Source: Candidatus Poribacteria bacterium
GTDB taxonomy: Bacteria > Poribacteria > WGA-4E > PCPOR2b
Reading direction: 5' to 3'
NCBI GenBank assembly: GCA_965198175.1
Contig: OZ240245.1
Coordinates: forward strand, 1,216,001-1,280,000
DNA: 64,000 bases
Shown: positions 1 to 10,580 of the stretch, one piece after another
How the letters are laid out: each line of letters opens with the position of its first letter
How positions within the stretch are numbered: position 1 is the stretch's first letter
The notes under the pieces: model-generated
What the model was told of the DNA's origin: nothing
The model's database searches: none
Seen by the model: the letters and a program-made list of their open reading frames with translations, nothing else
Position numbers and translations under genes: made by a program

Positions 1-1
1 T

Positions 2-709
2 TATCTGGAGCAATTCGTAAAACCCGGCTCACGAGTTTTAGATGTGGGTGCTGGACCTGGCCGATTCACCCAAATCATGGCTGACATGGGCTGCCGTGTT
101 GTGGTGGCAGATATATCGCAGGTGCAACTCGATCTGCATCTAAAATTCGCGGAAGCGCTGGGCTTTCAGGGTGCTATAGAGGAACGTTTGCGACTGGATA
201 TTTGCGATATGAGCTGTCTGGACAGCGAGTCCTTTGACGCCGTTATCTGTTACGGCGGGCCTTTGAGCTATGTCTTCGACCAAGCATCCGCTGCAATGGG
301 AGAATGCGCACGGGTTTGTCGGAAAGGCGGCCACGTTCTCGTCAGCGTTATGTCTCTCTGGGGCGCGACTCATCGGAACTTGAAGATGGTTCTATCGGTA
401 CCGCCGGAAAGTAACCGCAAGATTACTGAGACAGGCGACTTAACCCCTGAGAATTGGGGTGATGTTCTCCATCAGTGCCACATGTTTCGACCTGACGAAG
501 TACGACAGATGGTGCGCCAGGCAGGATTGACTCTTGTTGTAATATCCGCTTCAAATTGTGTTTCAAACTGTTGGGACGATCTACTCATTGAGGTAAAGAC
601 AGATCCAGAAAAGTGGCAGGAACTCCTCAGAATGGAGCTTGCAGCCTGCAGCGAGGAGGGGTGTCTAGGCATGGGTTCCCATATCATTTTTGTTGGGCAA
701 AAGCAGTAG
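2..709 (+). CDS. Class I SAM-dependent methyltransferase (5' partial)
   Basis: Frame is open from the window edge: YLEQFVKPGSRVLDVGAGPGRF (motif I), then FDAVIC and RVCRKGG motifs. Confidence 0.85.
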   Translation, partial: YLEQFVKPGSRVLDVGAGPGRFTQIMADMGCRVVVADISQVQLDLHLKFAEALGFQGAIEERLRLDICDMSCLDSESFDAVICYGGPLSYVFDQASAAMGECARVCRKGGHVLVSVMSLWGATHRNLKMVLSVPPESNRKITETGDLTPENWGDVLHQCHMFRPDEVRQMVRQAGLTLVVISASNCVSNCWDDLLIEVKTDPEKWQELLRMELAACSEEGCLGMGSHIIFVGQKQ

Positions 710-904
710 GCGAGGTCTAGGGTTTGATTGTTCTCTATGCCTAGTCGGCTAGCACGGTTTCCGCTGTGGTGCTATCGCGTCTGGACCATCGGTGACATAT
801 CGATGCACGGATTCGGAAACTAGGAAACGTTGGGGTGCAAGAAAGCCATTGCCTCATTACCCTTCATGGCAAGTTGCTATCACATTATTTATGAGTTAGT
901 CTAC

Positions 905-1471
905 ATGGGAAGATTTATAGAGGTTGTTGATTACCAGGCAGATTGGTCGCAGCGTTACCAGAGGGAAGCCAGTCTGCTCCGGGATGTCTTCGGTGAGGCT
1001 ATGGTCCGGATTCACCACATCGGGAGTACGTCTGTTCCCGGTATGAGAGCCAAGGCGATTATCGACATCCTCATTGAGATTGAACTTGGTATCGACGTTG
1101 ACAGATTTAACCCTCGAATGAGGCAACTTGGATATGATTGCCGCGGCGAGTGTCTTGAGGCTGTTGTTCCCGGAACACCCGGTCGTTTCTATTTCAGCAA
1201 AAATGTTGATGGACGTCGGTATTGTCAGGTGCATGTCTGTCACGTCGGTCATTTTCAGATATCGGAATTTCTAGTTCTGCGCGATTATCTCAAATCTCAT
1301 TCAAACGAAGCCGCCAAGTACGGAGATTTGAAGTGCCGTTTGGCTAAGCAATTATCCCATGACAACGTTGGATATATGCGCGGGAAGGACGAATTAGTTA
1401 AGCGGCTAATCTTAAGGGCGACGGAATGGAACAAGACTTTCGGTAAGGAAAGGTCGCGTTGCCCTTCGTAA
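905..1471 (+). CDS. GrpB/UPF0157 family nucleotidyltransferase-like protein
   Basis: IHHIGSTSVPGMRAKAIIDI, QVHVC and LRDYL...Y..LK...Y..GK motifs; ATG 905 chosen over the upstream TTG. Confidence 0.85.
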   Translation: MGRFIEVVDYQADWSQRYQREASLLRDVFGEAMVRIHHIGSTSVPGMRAKAIIDILIEIELGIDVDRFNPRMRQLGYDCRGECLEAVVPGTPGRFYFSKNVDGRRYCQVHVCHVGHFQISEFLVLRDYLKSHSNEAAKYGDLKCRLAKQLSHDNVGYMRGKDELVKRLILRATEWNKTFGKERSRCPS

Positions 1472-1639
1472 AGCCTACAATAGGCTGATTCACAAATCAG
1501 TACGAGATCAATCTATTAGCCATGGCAGGTAAAAGGACGGTATTGCACTGCGGTGCATTCGTGTTTTCCAGCCAATATCGTAAACCCGCATCCAAGTCCT
1601 AAATCGTCGTGATGGCAGTAGAGCTTAGTATTGAACTTT

Positions 1640-1730
1640 ATGCGTCAAGCTCAAGTCGTTCAGAAAACGAAAACGCCCGCCACGGTCGAATCGTTACGGG
1701 GCAATCTTAGTGCGCTTGACGTTGGAAGGG
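1640..1730 (+). pseudogene. 5' remnant of an AAC(3)-family acetyltransferase paralogue
   Basis: MRQAQVVQKTKTPATVESLRGNLSALDVG matches the N-terminus of 9084..9908 (MREGQVVQNTKIPATLESLQTNLRALGVG); similarity stops after about 30 codons. Confidence 0.75.
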
Positions 1731-1783
1731 CCCCAAAACGTCATGTGCAAGGCATTGACACGATTCTCGCAGCGCGGTAACCA

Positions 1784-2578
1784 ATGAAAGTCAAAGATCT
1801 TCCGGAGGCTGTACAGTCTCATTTAATGGGCTATACGTCCGATGAGGTCAATCTCAAGACTGAGTCTTGCGCGGACGTGTTTCTCTACACTCACCCAAGG
1901 AAACAGGGCATGTTTCTTAAGGTTAGAAATGCGCAAATGGCACCGCAGGAGTCAAATCTGCGGATTGAGAAAATTGCTATGTCGTGGTTGCAAGGCAAAC
2001 TAAACGTTCCAGCCGTGGTTTGTTTTCATGAAGAGTGCGAGACGCAATATTTGGTTATGACGCAAATTGTGGGCGTCTCGGGCGGTCACCAACACGAGAT
2101 GAATGACATTCCGAATCTGATACGCGAGTTTGCTTTCGGTTTACGCGAAATTCATTCAATTAGCATTGGCTCATGTCCCTTGGATCAACGTATGGATGGA
2201 TATTTTTCGCGAACGGAAGATCTGATTGAATTGGGAGCGCTGGACAATCAGATTCCGGCTGGCAACACTAGGAGTTTCCTTAAAGATGAGTTGTCCAGTA
2301 TCAAAGCATATCTACCTGCGGAGGAAGATTTGGTATTCACCCATGGAGATTATTGCTTACCCAACATCTTGATCCGTGATGATCGCCTTAGCGGAATCAT
2401 TGCTTGGGGATACGCTGGAGTCGGCGACCGATATATCGACTTCGTGTCAGTCGACTACACGATTCGGAAAAATATGGGCTCTGAATGGGTACCCGTATTC
2501 TTCGAGGTGTATGATATCCAAGACCTAGATCGAGATAAATTGATGGGGTATCAAAAGGTTCACGATTTCATTGACTAA
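1784..2578 (+). CDS. APH(3')-like aminoglycoside phosphotransferase family protein
   Basis: FLK...E...WLQGKLNVP, LREIHSI..CP, LVFTHGDYCLPNIL and GVGDRY.D motifs; the Mg-binding Asp is replaced (GIIAWG). Confidence 0.85.
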   Translation: MKVKDLPEAVQSHLMGYTSDEVNLKTESCADVFLYTHPRKQGMFLKVRNAQMAPQESNLRIEKIAMSWLQGKLNVPAVVCFHEECETQYLVMTQIVGVSGGHQHEMNDIPNLIREFAFGLREIHSISIGSCPLDQRMDGYFSRTEDLIELGALDNQIPAGNTRSFLKDELSSIKAYLPAEEDLVFTHGDYCLPNILIRDDRLSGIIAWGYAGVGDRYIDFVSVDYTIRKNMGSEWVPVFFEVYDIQDLDRDKLMGYQKVHDFID

Positions 2579-2678
2579 AAATAATGGTATACAGTTCGCA
2601 TAACAATACAGCTTGTGCTGCGTCGTTGCGTGCCTTCGGCGTCTGAAATCACGCACAGAATAAAACTCAAGCTGGAAG

Positions 2679-3416
2679 GTGATTCGAATGCTAAAACAGA
2701 TCTCTTCTACTGTACATATGTGGTCTGAGATTCATGGAGCAGCTAGAAATGAGCCTTATCTTTGGAACAGCTACGTCATTCAGGTGAAGGATCGGGACGT
2801 TTTGATCCTGGTCGATCCGCTCCCACTATCCGCTGAAGAACTTCGAGCAGTTGAAGAAATCGGTACGCCGACTCACATTCTCCTTACATGCAACTGGCAT
2901 CTTCGAGAATCACAAGCATTCAGGCAAAAGTGGGGTTGTGAAGTCTGGCTCCACCAAGAAGGGTTAAAAGACTCAGAGGTACCAGTGGATGGAACATTGC
3001 AGGGTAAGGAATTTTTGTGGGATTTGATACAAGTGATCCATATTCCTGATGTTCACTATGTCGAGGAGGTTGCATTTCTGGTTAAGGGGGAAGGAAACAC
3101 CATGATTGTCGGGGATTTGGTCTGTGGAGGACGAAAAGATAGAAGTGTTCCTGACGGTGAGCTTTGGATAAATGCTTCGGAGTATATCTTTGACCTTCTG
3201 AATGCACGAAACTCTCTTCGAAAGTTGAGTGAGTATTCTTTCGAGAGATTGTGTTTTGGCCACGGAACTCCAATCACTCGATTGGCTAAAGATGTGTTCA
3301 ATGAATTTATCGAAAACGATGGCGCTTGGGAGAAGTTGAAGGCTGAAAAGGTTGAGAGAGCGAATGCTGCCTCACGAGAATTTCTGAAGAACATAGCAAC
3401 AAGGACATCACGTTAA
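2679..3416 (+). CDS. MBL-fold metallo-hydrolase-like protein with a degenerate metal motif
   Basis: NSYVI..LVDP, THILLTCNWHLRES, IVGDLV and LCFGHGTPI motifs. Confidence 0.7.
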   Translation: MIRMLKQISSTVHMWSEIHGAARNEPYLWNSYVIQVKDRDVLILVDPLPLSAEELRAVEEIGTPTHILLTCNWHLRESQAFRQKWGCEVWLHQEGLKDSEVPVDGTLQGKEFLWDLIQVIHIPDVHYVEEVAFLVKGEGNTMIVGDLVCGGRKDRSVPDGELWINASEYIFDLLNARNSLRKLSEYSFERLCFGHGTPITRLAKDVFNEFIENDGAWEKLKAEKVERANAASREFLKNIATRTSR

Positions 3417-3543
3417 ACGGAAATACACGACGGGATGAGAATGCGTGGTTTCGAGGTATCAACGGTACTCCAAGCAGAAGCCTCATTGTGGTTCTAAGAT
3501 TGCGCTGAGAACAGATCGCTTCGGTCATTAGGAGGAATGCGTC

Positions 3544-5880
3544 ATGCAATGCGCGACAAATCGATATATCACTCTTATAAAAAAAGGAACTGGCAGGTCG
3601 TTTGACTTGATGCTCATCAGCTGGATGTTGCTTCTCGGTTTCGCTTCGGTCGGGTTCACCGATGGACTGAAGCTCGTCACTGAGGTAGAATTTCAACCGT
3701 TAGCGTCAGCCACCCGGCGACTCATTGACGCGTTGGATTATCTCGGTTCTCCCCTATCCGAAGACGACGTTTCAGCAATCAGGGAAGCGTTGGTTTCTGA
3801 TGACCACAAACAGGCGGTTACTGACATCCAAAAATCTCTTGATCCATATTGTCTGGTCGGAGTCCATATCAACCCTGAAAGTCGCGTCAAGGTTGCGGAA
3901 GGCACTGCAAATAAGGAGTTAATGCAACACGGTTGGCGTACCTTCTTGGTAAAGGTATATAACGAGGCGGGCGTGACGGCACCGCTCGCGGCAGAGAGCG
4001 AAAATTCCGCTCCACTTTATCAGCGTTCCAGCGGAAGTCCTGAACCTCAGATGACCGTGCTCAAAGGTGACATCCCGCATCGATTTCTCGATATTGAAAT
4101 CTATTCCAATTCGCCGTTGAAGGCGAATCTTTCGGGGTTGGAACTAGAGTATCGTATCATTCAGCTCTATAGCCGCGATTCAGGGAAACGAGAGGCGATG
4201 TTGGGCTTTAACGTCGGTCAGGGAACGCAGGACATCGGCTTCCGCAATGCAGTACCTATCTTGTTCCACTGTGTGCCGGCGGTAAAGGTGACATTAGAAG
4301 TGTTAGACTTTGACGGGAAGCCAACGACCGCTGCGTTTACGATTCGTGACGAATTGAAGCGGGTGCATCCATCGCCCGGCCGACGCTTAGCACCGGATTT
4401 TTTCTTTCATAACCAAATTTATCGACACAGCGGCGAATCGGTTCTCTTGCCGCCTGGCGAGTATACTGTCGAGCACACCCGAGGTCCTGAGTATCAGGTG
4501 AAAACCGAAACAATTACCGTGCCCGATACCGAATCCCATCAAGCGACATTTCGTTTGGAACGATGGATTCATGCCGCGGCGGAAGGCTGGCGTTCCGGCG
4601 ACCATCATATACACGCGGCAGGTTGCTCTCACTATGAAAGCCCGACCCAGGGCGTTAGGCCTGAAGACATGATGCGGCACCTCCTCGGCGAAGACCTCAA
4701 TGTGGGCTGTGTGCTTTCGTGGGGTCCCTGCTGGTATTTTCAGAAGCAGTTTTTTGAGGGCAAGACTCACGAACTTTCAACCGATGACTACGTAATGCGC
4801 TATGATGTAGAGGTTTCAGGCTTCCCCTCCTCGCATGCCGGACATCTTTCATTGTTGGGGCTCACTGAGGACGACTATAGAGGTGTAGAACGCATTGAGG
4901 AGTGGCCCAGTTGGGGCCTACCCGTCCTACAGTGGGCGAAGGAGCAGGGCGCTGTAACAGGCTTCAGCCATAGCGGTTGGGGCTTGAAAGTGCCCGGGGA
5001 CGAACTCCCCAACTACAATATGCCTCCTTTCGACAGCATCGGTGCTAACGAGTACATCGTGGACGTGGTCCATGACGCCGTTGATTTCATCTCTACAGTG
5101 GACACGCCCGCTGTTTGGGAGCTGAATATCTGGTATCATACATTGAATTGCGGCTTCCGCACTAGAATCAGCGGGGAGACGGATTTCCCTTGCATTTACG
5201 GCGAGCGGGTAGGGCTAGGCCGCGTGTATGTGAAAACGTCCGCTGGCCCGCTCGACTTCGATACGTGGGTAGTGGGATTGCGAAATGGACGTTCCTACGT
5301 TGGGGATGGCAAAAGTCATCTGCTAGACTTTATCGTGGGTAATGTACCTGTCGGAGAAAAGACGCCAACCGGAAAGATTAGCCAGTTGGATTTGGAAAAA
5401 CCGGGCACAGTGACTATTACTGCGCGTGTGGCTGCGCGGCTTGACGAGAAGCCTAACCCTAAGATACGGAATCGGCCTTTGGATCAGAAACCGTATTGGG
5501 ACCTCGAACGCGCCCGCATTGGGGGAAGCCGAAAGGTGCCTGTTGAACTCATCGTCAACGGTCAGGCGGTTGACCAGCACGATATTGTGGCAGACGGCGA
5601 AATCGTACCTGCTCAATTCGAGGTGACCATCAACAGATCTAGTTGGGTTGCGCTACGGATCTTCCCGTCATCTCATACGAATCCAGTTTTCGTCATTGTC
5701 GGCGGCAATCCCATCCGGGCAAGTCGCAGAAGTGCCACATGGTGCTTGGACGCTGTGGAGGTCTGCTGGAACAAAAAAGTTGACGGCATCCGCGAGGAAG
5801 AACGCGATGCCGCTCGCGAGGCATATAATGTTGCGCGACAGACTTACCGGAATATTCTCGAAGAATCTGATGTGGACTGA
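3544..5880 (+). CDS. Secreted PHP-type (CehA/McbA-like) metallohydrolase
   Basis: SGDHHIH, SHSGWG, WYHTLNCGFR..ISGETDFPC..GLGRVYV and GRSYV motifs; signal-like N-terminus (possible start 3610). Confidence 0.8.
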   Translation: MQCATNRYITLIKKGTGRSFDLMLISWMLLLGFASVGFTDGLKLVTEVEFQPLASATRRLIDALDYLGSPLSEDDVSAIREALVSDDHKQAVTDIQKSLDPYCLVGVHINPESRVKVAEGTANKELMQHGWRTFLVKVYNEAGVTAPLAAESENSAPLYQRSSGSPEPQMTVLKGDIPHRFLDIEIYSNSPLKANLSGLELEYRIIQLYSRDSGKREAMLGFNVGQGTQDIGFRNAVPILFHCVPAVKVTLEVLDFDGKPTTAAFTIRDELKRVHPSPGRRLAPDFFFHNQIYRHSGESVLLPPGEYTVEHTRGPEYQVKTETITVPDTESHQATFRLERWIHAAAEGWRSGDHHIHAAGCSHYESPTQGVRPEDMMRHLLGEDLNVGCVLSWGPCWYFQKQFFEGKTHELSTDDYVMRYDVEVSGFPSSHAGHLSLLGLTEDDYRGVERIEEWPSWGLPVLQWAKEQGAVTGFSHSGWGLKVPGDELPNYNMPPFDSIGANEYIVDVVHDAVDFISTVDTPAVWELNIWYHTLNCGFRTRISGETDFPCIYGERVGLGRVYVKTSAGPLDFDTWVVGLRNGRSYVGDGKSHLLDFIVGNVPVGEKTPTGKISQLDLEKPGTVTITARVAARLDEKPNPKIRNRPLDQKPYWDLERARIGGSRKVPVELIVNGQAVDQHDIVADGEIVPAQFEVTINRSSWVALRIFPSSHTNPVFVIVGGNPIRASRRSATWCLDAVEVCWNKKVDGIREEERDAAREAYNVARQTYRNILEESDVD

Positions 5881-5961
5881 AACCTTTGTGCTGGGTTTCG
5901 TTTTACGAGCGATTCCAGCCAATTACATCTCTTAGCTTTCGGATATTTAGCATTAGCGATT

Positions 5962-6684
5962 ATGGAGAAAATCTACGGCAAACATTCAGTAAATGCAGTT
6001 TTCAGTACTCGCCCGCGCGCGATTCGACGCATCATCCTCCTTGCGGGGAGAAAGTCCTTCCTCAACGAAGAATATATAGAACTTGCACACTGCCACAAAA
6101 TTAAACCTGAGATTTTGCCGCGCGACAAATTCTTGCGTGCCACGAATTTAACCGAAGACGACAAACACCAAGGTATTTGCATTTTTACCGAGCCGCGAAC
6201 AATTTACGGTGAGAAAGACTTGGAACTCCTTCGCAACAGTCGGGTCATTCTTGCGCTTGACCAAGTTTCTAACCCTCAAAATTTAGGCACAATGCTTCGC
6301 AACGCGGCATTTTTCGGTGCAGATGCGGTTATCTTGTTACGGAATCGTTCAACGGATATTTCTCCGACGGTAACGCGAGTCGCAGTTGGCGCTGCGGAAT
6401 TCGTGAAAATTTTTAAGGTGATAAACTTAGCGCGAAGTTTGGACGCACTAAAAAAAATCGGATTTTGGGTGTACGGTCTAGACGAACGCGGGCAAAAAAC
6501 TCTCGCCGAGACAGATTTTGATGAAAGAACAGTTTTCGTCGTTGGCGCAGAAGGGGAAGGACTTCGTCTCCGAACAAAGAAATTCTGTGACGAACTTGTC
6601 CGCATCCCTGGTGGATGGCACGGCATTGAAAGTTTGAATGCAGGAGTTGCGACGGCTGTGGCTCTGGCAGAGTTTTTTCGCTAA
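5962..6684 (+). CDS. rlmB: TrmH/SpoU family RNA 2'-O-methyltransferase (RlmB-like)
   Basis: IYGKHSV, HQGI, LDQVSNPQNLGTMLRNA, GAEGEGLR and ESLNAGVA SPOUT motifs. Confidence 0.8.
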   Translation: MEKIYGKHSVNAVFSTRPRAIRRIILLAGRKSFLNEEYIELAHCHKIKPEILPRDKFLRATNLTEDDKHQGICIFTEPRTIYGEKDLELLRNSRVILALDQVSNPQNLGTMLRNAAFFGADAVILLRNRSTDISPTVTRVAVGAAEFVKIFKVINLARSLDALKKIGFWVYGLDERGQKTLAETDFDERTVFVVGAEGEGLRLRTKKFCDELVRIPGGWHGIESLNAGVATAVALAEFFR

Positions 6685-6820
6685 AAGAAAGGGTAATTTA
6701 GCTGCGGTGCTCAAGCAGTCTGCCTCGCACTATTAATCTAGTAAATTAGCATTGCGAACTCTGGCTAGAGAATGCTTCACCTAATCCAAGAAGTGTAGGT
6801 TCAGAAAGGGGATAACGACA

Positions 6821-8563
6821 TTGAAAGACGCACTTCAGGAAGACGGTACGTCCTGCGACGATTCGCTGATTGATGCGGTGAGTATCTGTAACGCAGCGCA
6901 GGCTGGTAACCTCCAGCGGGTTCAGGAAATTCTCGCCGCCAAGCCGGAGTTAGCCACGCAGGACCTTGCCTCAAATAATGAGCACCAACCGATCCATTTT
7001 GCAGCGGAAGAGGGACATGCTGAAATCGTGCGTGTGCTACTGGAAGCGGGCGCCGATCCGCTCAATGGCATATATCCTCATCGTGAGGCGACCAGTGCAC
7101 TGACAATGGCGAAAGACCGCGGGCACACAGCCGTCGTTGAGGTCATTGAGGGGTGGCTCAATGCGCAGCGTGGAACAACGCCAAAGGGTGAAGCCTTCAC
7201 CCACGCTGCGGCGCGTGGCGATATGGAACGTATCCGATTGATGCTTGATGAGGATGCAGAGCTAATCAATGCAACCGATGGGGGCGGGGGAACTGCGCTT
7301 TTCAGAGCGGTGCATCGGGGCGATTTGTGGCTTGTCCTTGAGTTACTAGATCGGGGTGCCGATGTTGACCATCGCGCCGTGGACGGAAGCCAGCCAATTC
7401 ACCATTGTCTCGCACACAGTTGGAAGGTACCGGACGAGAAGTACAAAACCTACGCCATCCTCGCAGGTGCCCTGCTGGCTCGAGGCGCATCGTACAATCT
7501 CTGGGTCGCCTGCGGAATTGGTGATGTTGAAGGCGTGAAACGAAAATTGGACGCATACGAAGACAATATCGCACTATGTAAGAGTCGTCGGCCGTTTTGG
7601 AGCGACTACGAAAACCCGCTTGTCGTCGCCTGCTTTCAAGGGCATGCAGAAGTCGTGCGGTTGCTCATCGACGCAGGGGCGGATCCAGATTCGCCTTTTG
7701 AGATTGATGTCGCTGGCGAGAAGGTGAAGCAGTGGGGTCATCCGCTCTGGATTGCGGCGAATCGTGGGCATTGTGAAGTTGTGAAATTGCTCCTTGAACG
7801 GGGCGCAAATCCAAACACGGCGGTCTACGCCGCCGGTAACGCCGTGTGCTGGGCGTATCAGTATGGGCACAAGCGCGTTGCGGATCTGATGTTTCAGCAC
7901 GGCGCGGTCGCCGATCTGTTGAGTTATTGTCTGACAAACAATCTCCCCGCTATTTCAGAGATTCTTCATCGGGATGCCTCGGAGCGTGGCCGTTTACTGT
8001 GGAGTGCGATTCTGACGGGTAACGTTGATGTAGTCGCGATGGGACTGCGTGACAATCCACAATACAGTGATGCGAAATGGTTTGACCTGCTGGAGCAATC
8101 GGTGCGTGGGTGGCGGCTGGGCGATCTGAAGATTAACAACGAAGGATTCGAGCGCCGCAACTACATCACGATTCTGGGTATGTTACTTGAACAGGGCGTC
8201 AATCCGAATCTGAGAAACCCGCGAGATGAGCGGTTCAATTTTACGATTTTGCATCATCTCGCAGGCAGAAGCTGTAACTCCAGAACATACGGGCATACGG
8301 AGGAAAAGGTTGTCGAATTCGCTCGTCTGCTGCTTAACCACGGCGCCGACATCAACGCGATAGAAAATAAGCTCAAGTCAACCCCGATCGGCTGGGCAGC
8401 CCGTTTCGGCTGCCACAGGTTGGTCGAGTTCCTGCTCGACCGTGGTGCAGACCCCAATCTAGCAGACGCGCCGTGGGAAACACCAATGGCTTGGGCGAAG
8501 AAAAAGGGACAGACCGAGATTGCTGAAATCCTCCGTCAACATGGCGCAGAATGGTGTGCCTAA
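6821..8563 (+). CDS. Ankyrin repeat protein
   Basis: Many repeats such as PIHFAAEEGHAEIVRVLLEAGADP, PLWIAANRGHCEVVKLLLERGANPN and TPIGWAARFG. Confidence 0.92.
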   Translation: MKDALQEDGTSCDDSLIDAVSICNAAQAGNLQRVQEILAAKPELATQDLASNNEHQPIHFAAEEGHAEIVRVLLEAGADPLNGIYPHREATSALTMAKDRGHTAVVEVIEGWLNAQRGTTPKGEAFTHAAARGDMERIRLMLDEDAELINATDGGGGTALFRAVHRGDLWLVLELLDRGADVDHRAVDGSQPIHHCLAHSWKVPDEKYKTYAILAGALLARGASYNLWVACGIGDVEGVKRKLDAYEDNIALCKSRRPFWSDYENPLVVACFQGHAEVVRLLIDAGADPDSPFEIDVAGEKVKQWGHPLWIAANRGHCEVVKLLLERGANPNTAVYAAGNAVCWAYQYGHKRVADLMFQHGAVADLLSYCLTNNLPAISEILHRDASERGRLLWSAILTGNVDVVAMGLRDNPQYSDAKWFDLLEQSVRGWRLGDLKINNEGFERRNYITILGMLLEQGVNPNLRNPRDERFNFTILHHLAGRSCNSRTYGHTEEKVVEFARLLLNHGADINAIENKLKSTPIGWAARFGCHRLVEFLLDRGADPNLADAPWETPMAWAKKKGQTEIAEILRQHGAEWCA

Positions 8564-8713
8564 AGCGCAGACAAAAAATTCTACTTTCAATAATCTGATT
8601 TAGGATCGACTGCGCGCCTAAACGGTGCGAACACGGTGTTCATGTCTCATTTCAGCCCTTTGTCAAACCACACCACGGCTCGGACATAACTAGGTGATTC
8701 TACGAAATAGACA

Positions 8714-9067
8714 ATGTGCTATAGTATTGATTCCATAGTAAGGGTTATTGTTGACAGACCGCTCGGGTCTCGGCATCCTGAACAAGACTTCATCTACCCC
8801 GTGAACTACGGGTATATTCCCGGAACACTCGCCGGGGATGGAGAAGAGATTGACGCCTACATTCTGGGCGAATTTGAACCTCTGGATTCTTTCGAGGGTA
8901 ACGTAATTGGGCTAATTGTCCGTAATGATGACAATGAAAATAAGTTAGTTGTCTCTCAATATGTGGATCGGTATGGAGCGGATGAGGTCAAGGCGCTCAC
9001 GGAATTTCAAGAACGCTTTTTCGACTTTCATGTGATTTCATTCGTTCAGAAGCCCGGTACGAAGTAA
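8714..9067 (+). CDS. Short family I inorganic pyrophosphatase
   Basis: DRPLGSRHP...YPVNYGYIPGTLAGDGEEIDAYILG...DDNENKLVV. Confidence 0.85.
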   Translation: MCYSIDSIVRVIVDRPLGSRHPEQDFIYPVNYGYIPGTLAGDGEEIDAYILGEFEPLDSFEGNVIGLIVRNDDNENKLVVSQYVDRYGADEVKALTEFQERFFDFHVISFVQKPGTK

Positions 9068-9083
9068 GCAGAAGGACAACCCA

Positions 9084-9908
9084 ATGCGTGAGGGTCAAGT
9101 CGTTCAAAACACAAAAATACCTGCCACGCTCGAATCGTTGCAGACCAATCTTCGTGCGCTTGGCGTTGGGACGGGGATGGTATTGTTAGTTCATTCGTCC
9201 TTGAGCGCGATGGGATGGGTGTGCGGTGGAGCAGTGGCGGTCATAATTGCCCTTCAGGAAGTCTTAGGCGCCTCCGGTACGCTTGTGATGCCTGCCCATT
9301 CAACGGACTTGACAGAACCAAGCGAGTGGCAAAACCCTCCTGTACCTGAGTCGTGGTGGTCGGTCATACGTGCGTCCATGCCAGCCTACCAGCCGGACCT
9401 AACGCCCACACGCTCAATGGGAGTTATTGCGGAAACATTCCGAAAGCAAAACGGCGTTCTCCGCAGTTCACATCCGCACCACTCATTTTGTGCGCGTGGG
9501 CTACATGCGCCGTTCATTACAAATAATCATTCATTGGCGTTTGGCATGGGAGAGGGGTCACCGCTTGCCAGAATCTACGATTTGGATGGTTTCGTGCTGC
9601 TCATCGGTGTCGGTCATGATCGCAATACGTCGATGCACTTTGCAGAATATCGGGCAACCTTTCCAACCAAACGCATCGTGCATGAGGGTGCGCCAATCTC
9701 CTCATCGGGTTCAAGGAGATGGACCATCTTTGAAAATATCGAACTTGACAGTTCCGATTTCGAGCGCAGCGGCGAGGACTTTCTTCAATCTGATGCGGGA
9801 AAACTGGTGCGACGCGGCAATTTTGGTCTTGCAGCGTGCCAACTCATGCCGCAACGCACGGTGGTAGACTTCGCTGTTGATTGGCTTGAAGCGCATAGAG
9901 CAAAGTGA
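9084..9908 (+). CDS. AAC(3) family (Antibiotic_NAT/YokD-like) N-acetyltransferase
   Basis: LVHSSLSAMGWVCGG, GTLVMP, MGVIAETFR, RSSHPHHSF, SPLARIY and NTSMHFAEY motifs. Confidence 0.9.
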   Translation: MREGQVVQNTKIPATLESLQTNLRALGVGTGMVLLVHSSLSAMGWVCGGAVAVIIALQEVLGASGTLVMPAHSTDLTEPSEWQNPPVPESWWSVIRASMPAYQPDLTPTRSMGVIAETFRKQNGVLRSSHPHHSFCARGLHAPFITNNHSLAFGMGEGSPLARIYDLDGFVLLIGVGHDRNTSMHFAEYRATFPTKRIVHEGAPISSSGSRRWTIFENIELDSSDFERSGEDFLQSDAGKLVRRGNFGLAACQLMPQRTVVDFAVDWLEAHRAK

Positions 9909-9919
9909 ACCGATAACGT

Positions 9920-10580
9920 ATTCGGTGATTCAGTGGAAATTCCAAACATCGTCATCATCGGCGGTGAATCGCGGGCTGGAACATACGTTCTGCGGATTCG
10001 CCTCATAGAGGACACCACATTACGGTTCGGGCGGTTCAAGAGTGGGAAGTTGATTTCGCTGCCCGCCGGTGAATATGCCTATGTCGGCTCCGCACTCTCA
10101 GAAAAAGGTTCGACCTCACTAGCGCGGCGGCTCATTCGGCACGCAACGCGGAGCCGGGGGTCAACGACCGCACCGTATTCGGGAGGAGATGATGCGCCGA
10201 TTCGTTGAATGCGGTTTGGGAAACGGAAACCTACTACCAAAGGACGGCAAAGCCCTGTTCTGGAACATAGATTTCCTCTTGGACTTGGATTCGGCAGAAA
10301 TTGTGAGCCTTTACGTCGTTCGTCTACCTAAACGATTGGAAAGCATGCTCGCCAAACAGCTTGAGCGGGATTCACACACGCAAGTTATCGAACGCGGTCT
10401 AGGCGCAAACGATGTCCCAGGCAATACACATCTGTTGCACGTCAGCGCAGAGGAGCCGTGGTGGGAATCACTCGCGATTCAGCTTGCTAACGTAGCAAAA
10501 GGTAGTTCATAGTCAGCCTGTGACGGACGATTGTATCCCATCGGCAGCCTGAGCAGGACGAAAGCCGGGTTTTGTAGGAA
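9920..10580 (+). repeat. Direct repeat copy 1 (~660 bp), DUF123 gene plus flanks
   Basis: Closely similar to 13084..13743, from ATTCGGTGATTCAGTGG through the stop and about 70 bp of 3' flank (...CCTGAGCAGGAC...). Confidence 0.9.
9933..10512 (+). pseudogene. Frameshifted GIY-YIG/DUF123 family nuclease-like gene
   Basis: ORFs 9933..10208 and 10189..10512 together reproduce 13097..13675; one extra base near 10155 (AGCCGGGGGTCAA vs AGTGGGAGTCAA). Confidence 0.85.

Noticed and set aside
2588..2680. Integron attC site (GCATAAC) after the APH gene, plus GCCTAAC at 22862 and GTTAGGC near 46996
   Set aside because: No matching core and inverse-core pairs with a proper stem, and no integrase in the window.
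1784..9908. Clinical-type antibiotic resistance island (APH, MBL, AAC(3))
   Set aside because: The APH lacks a key Asp, the MBL lacks HxHxDH, and AAC(3)/YokD homologues are widespread without proven resistance.
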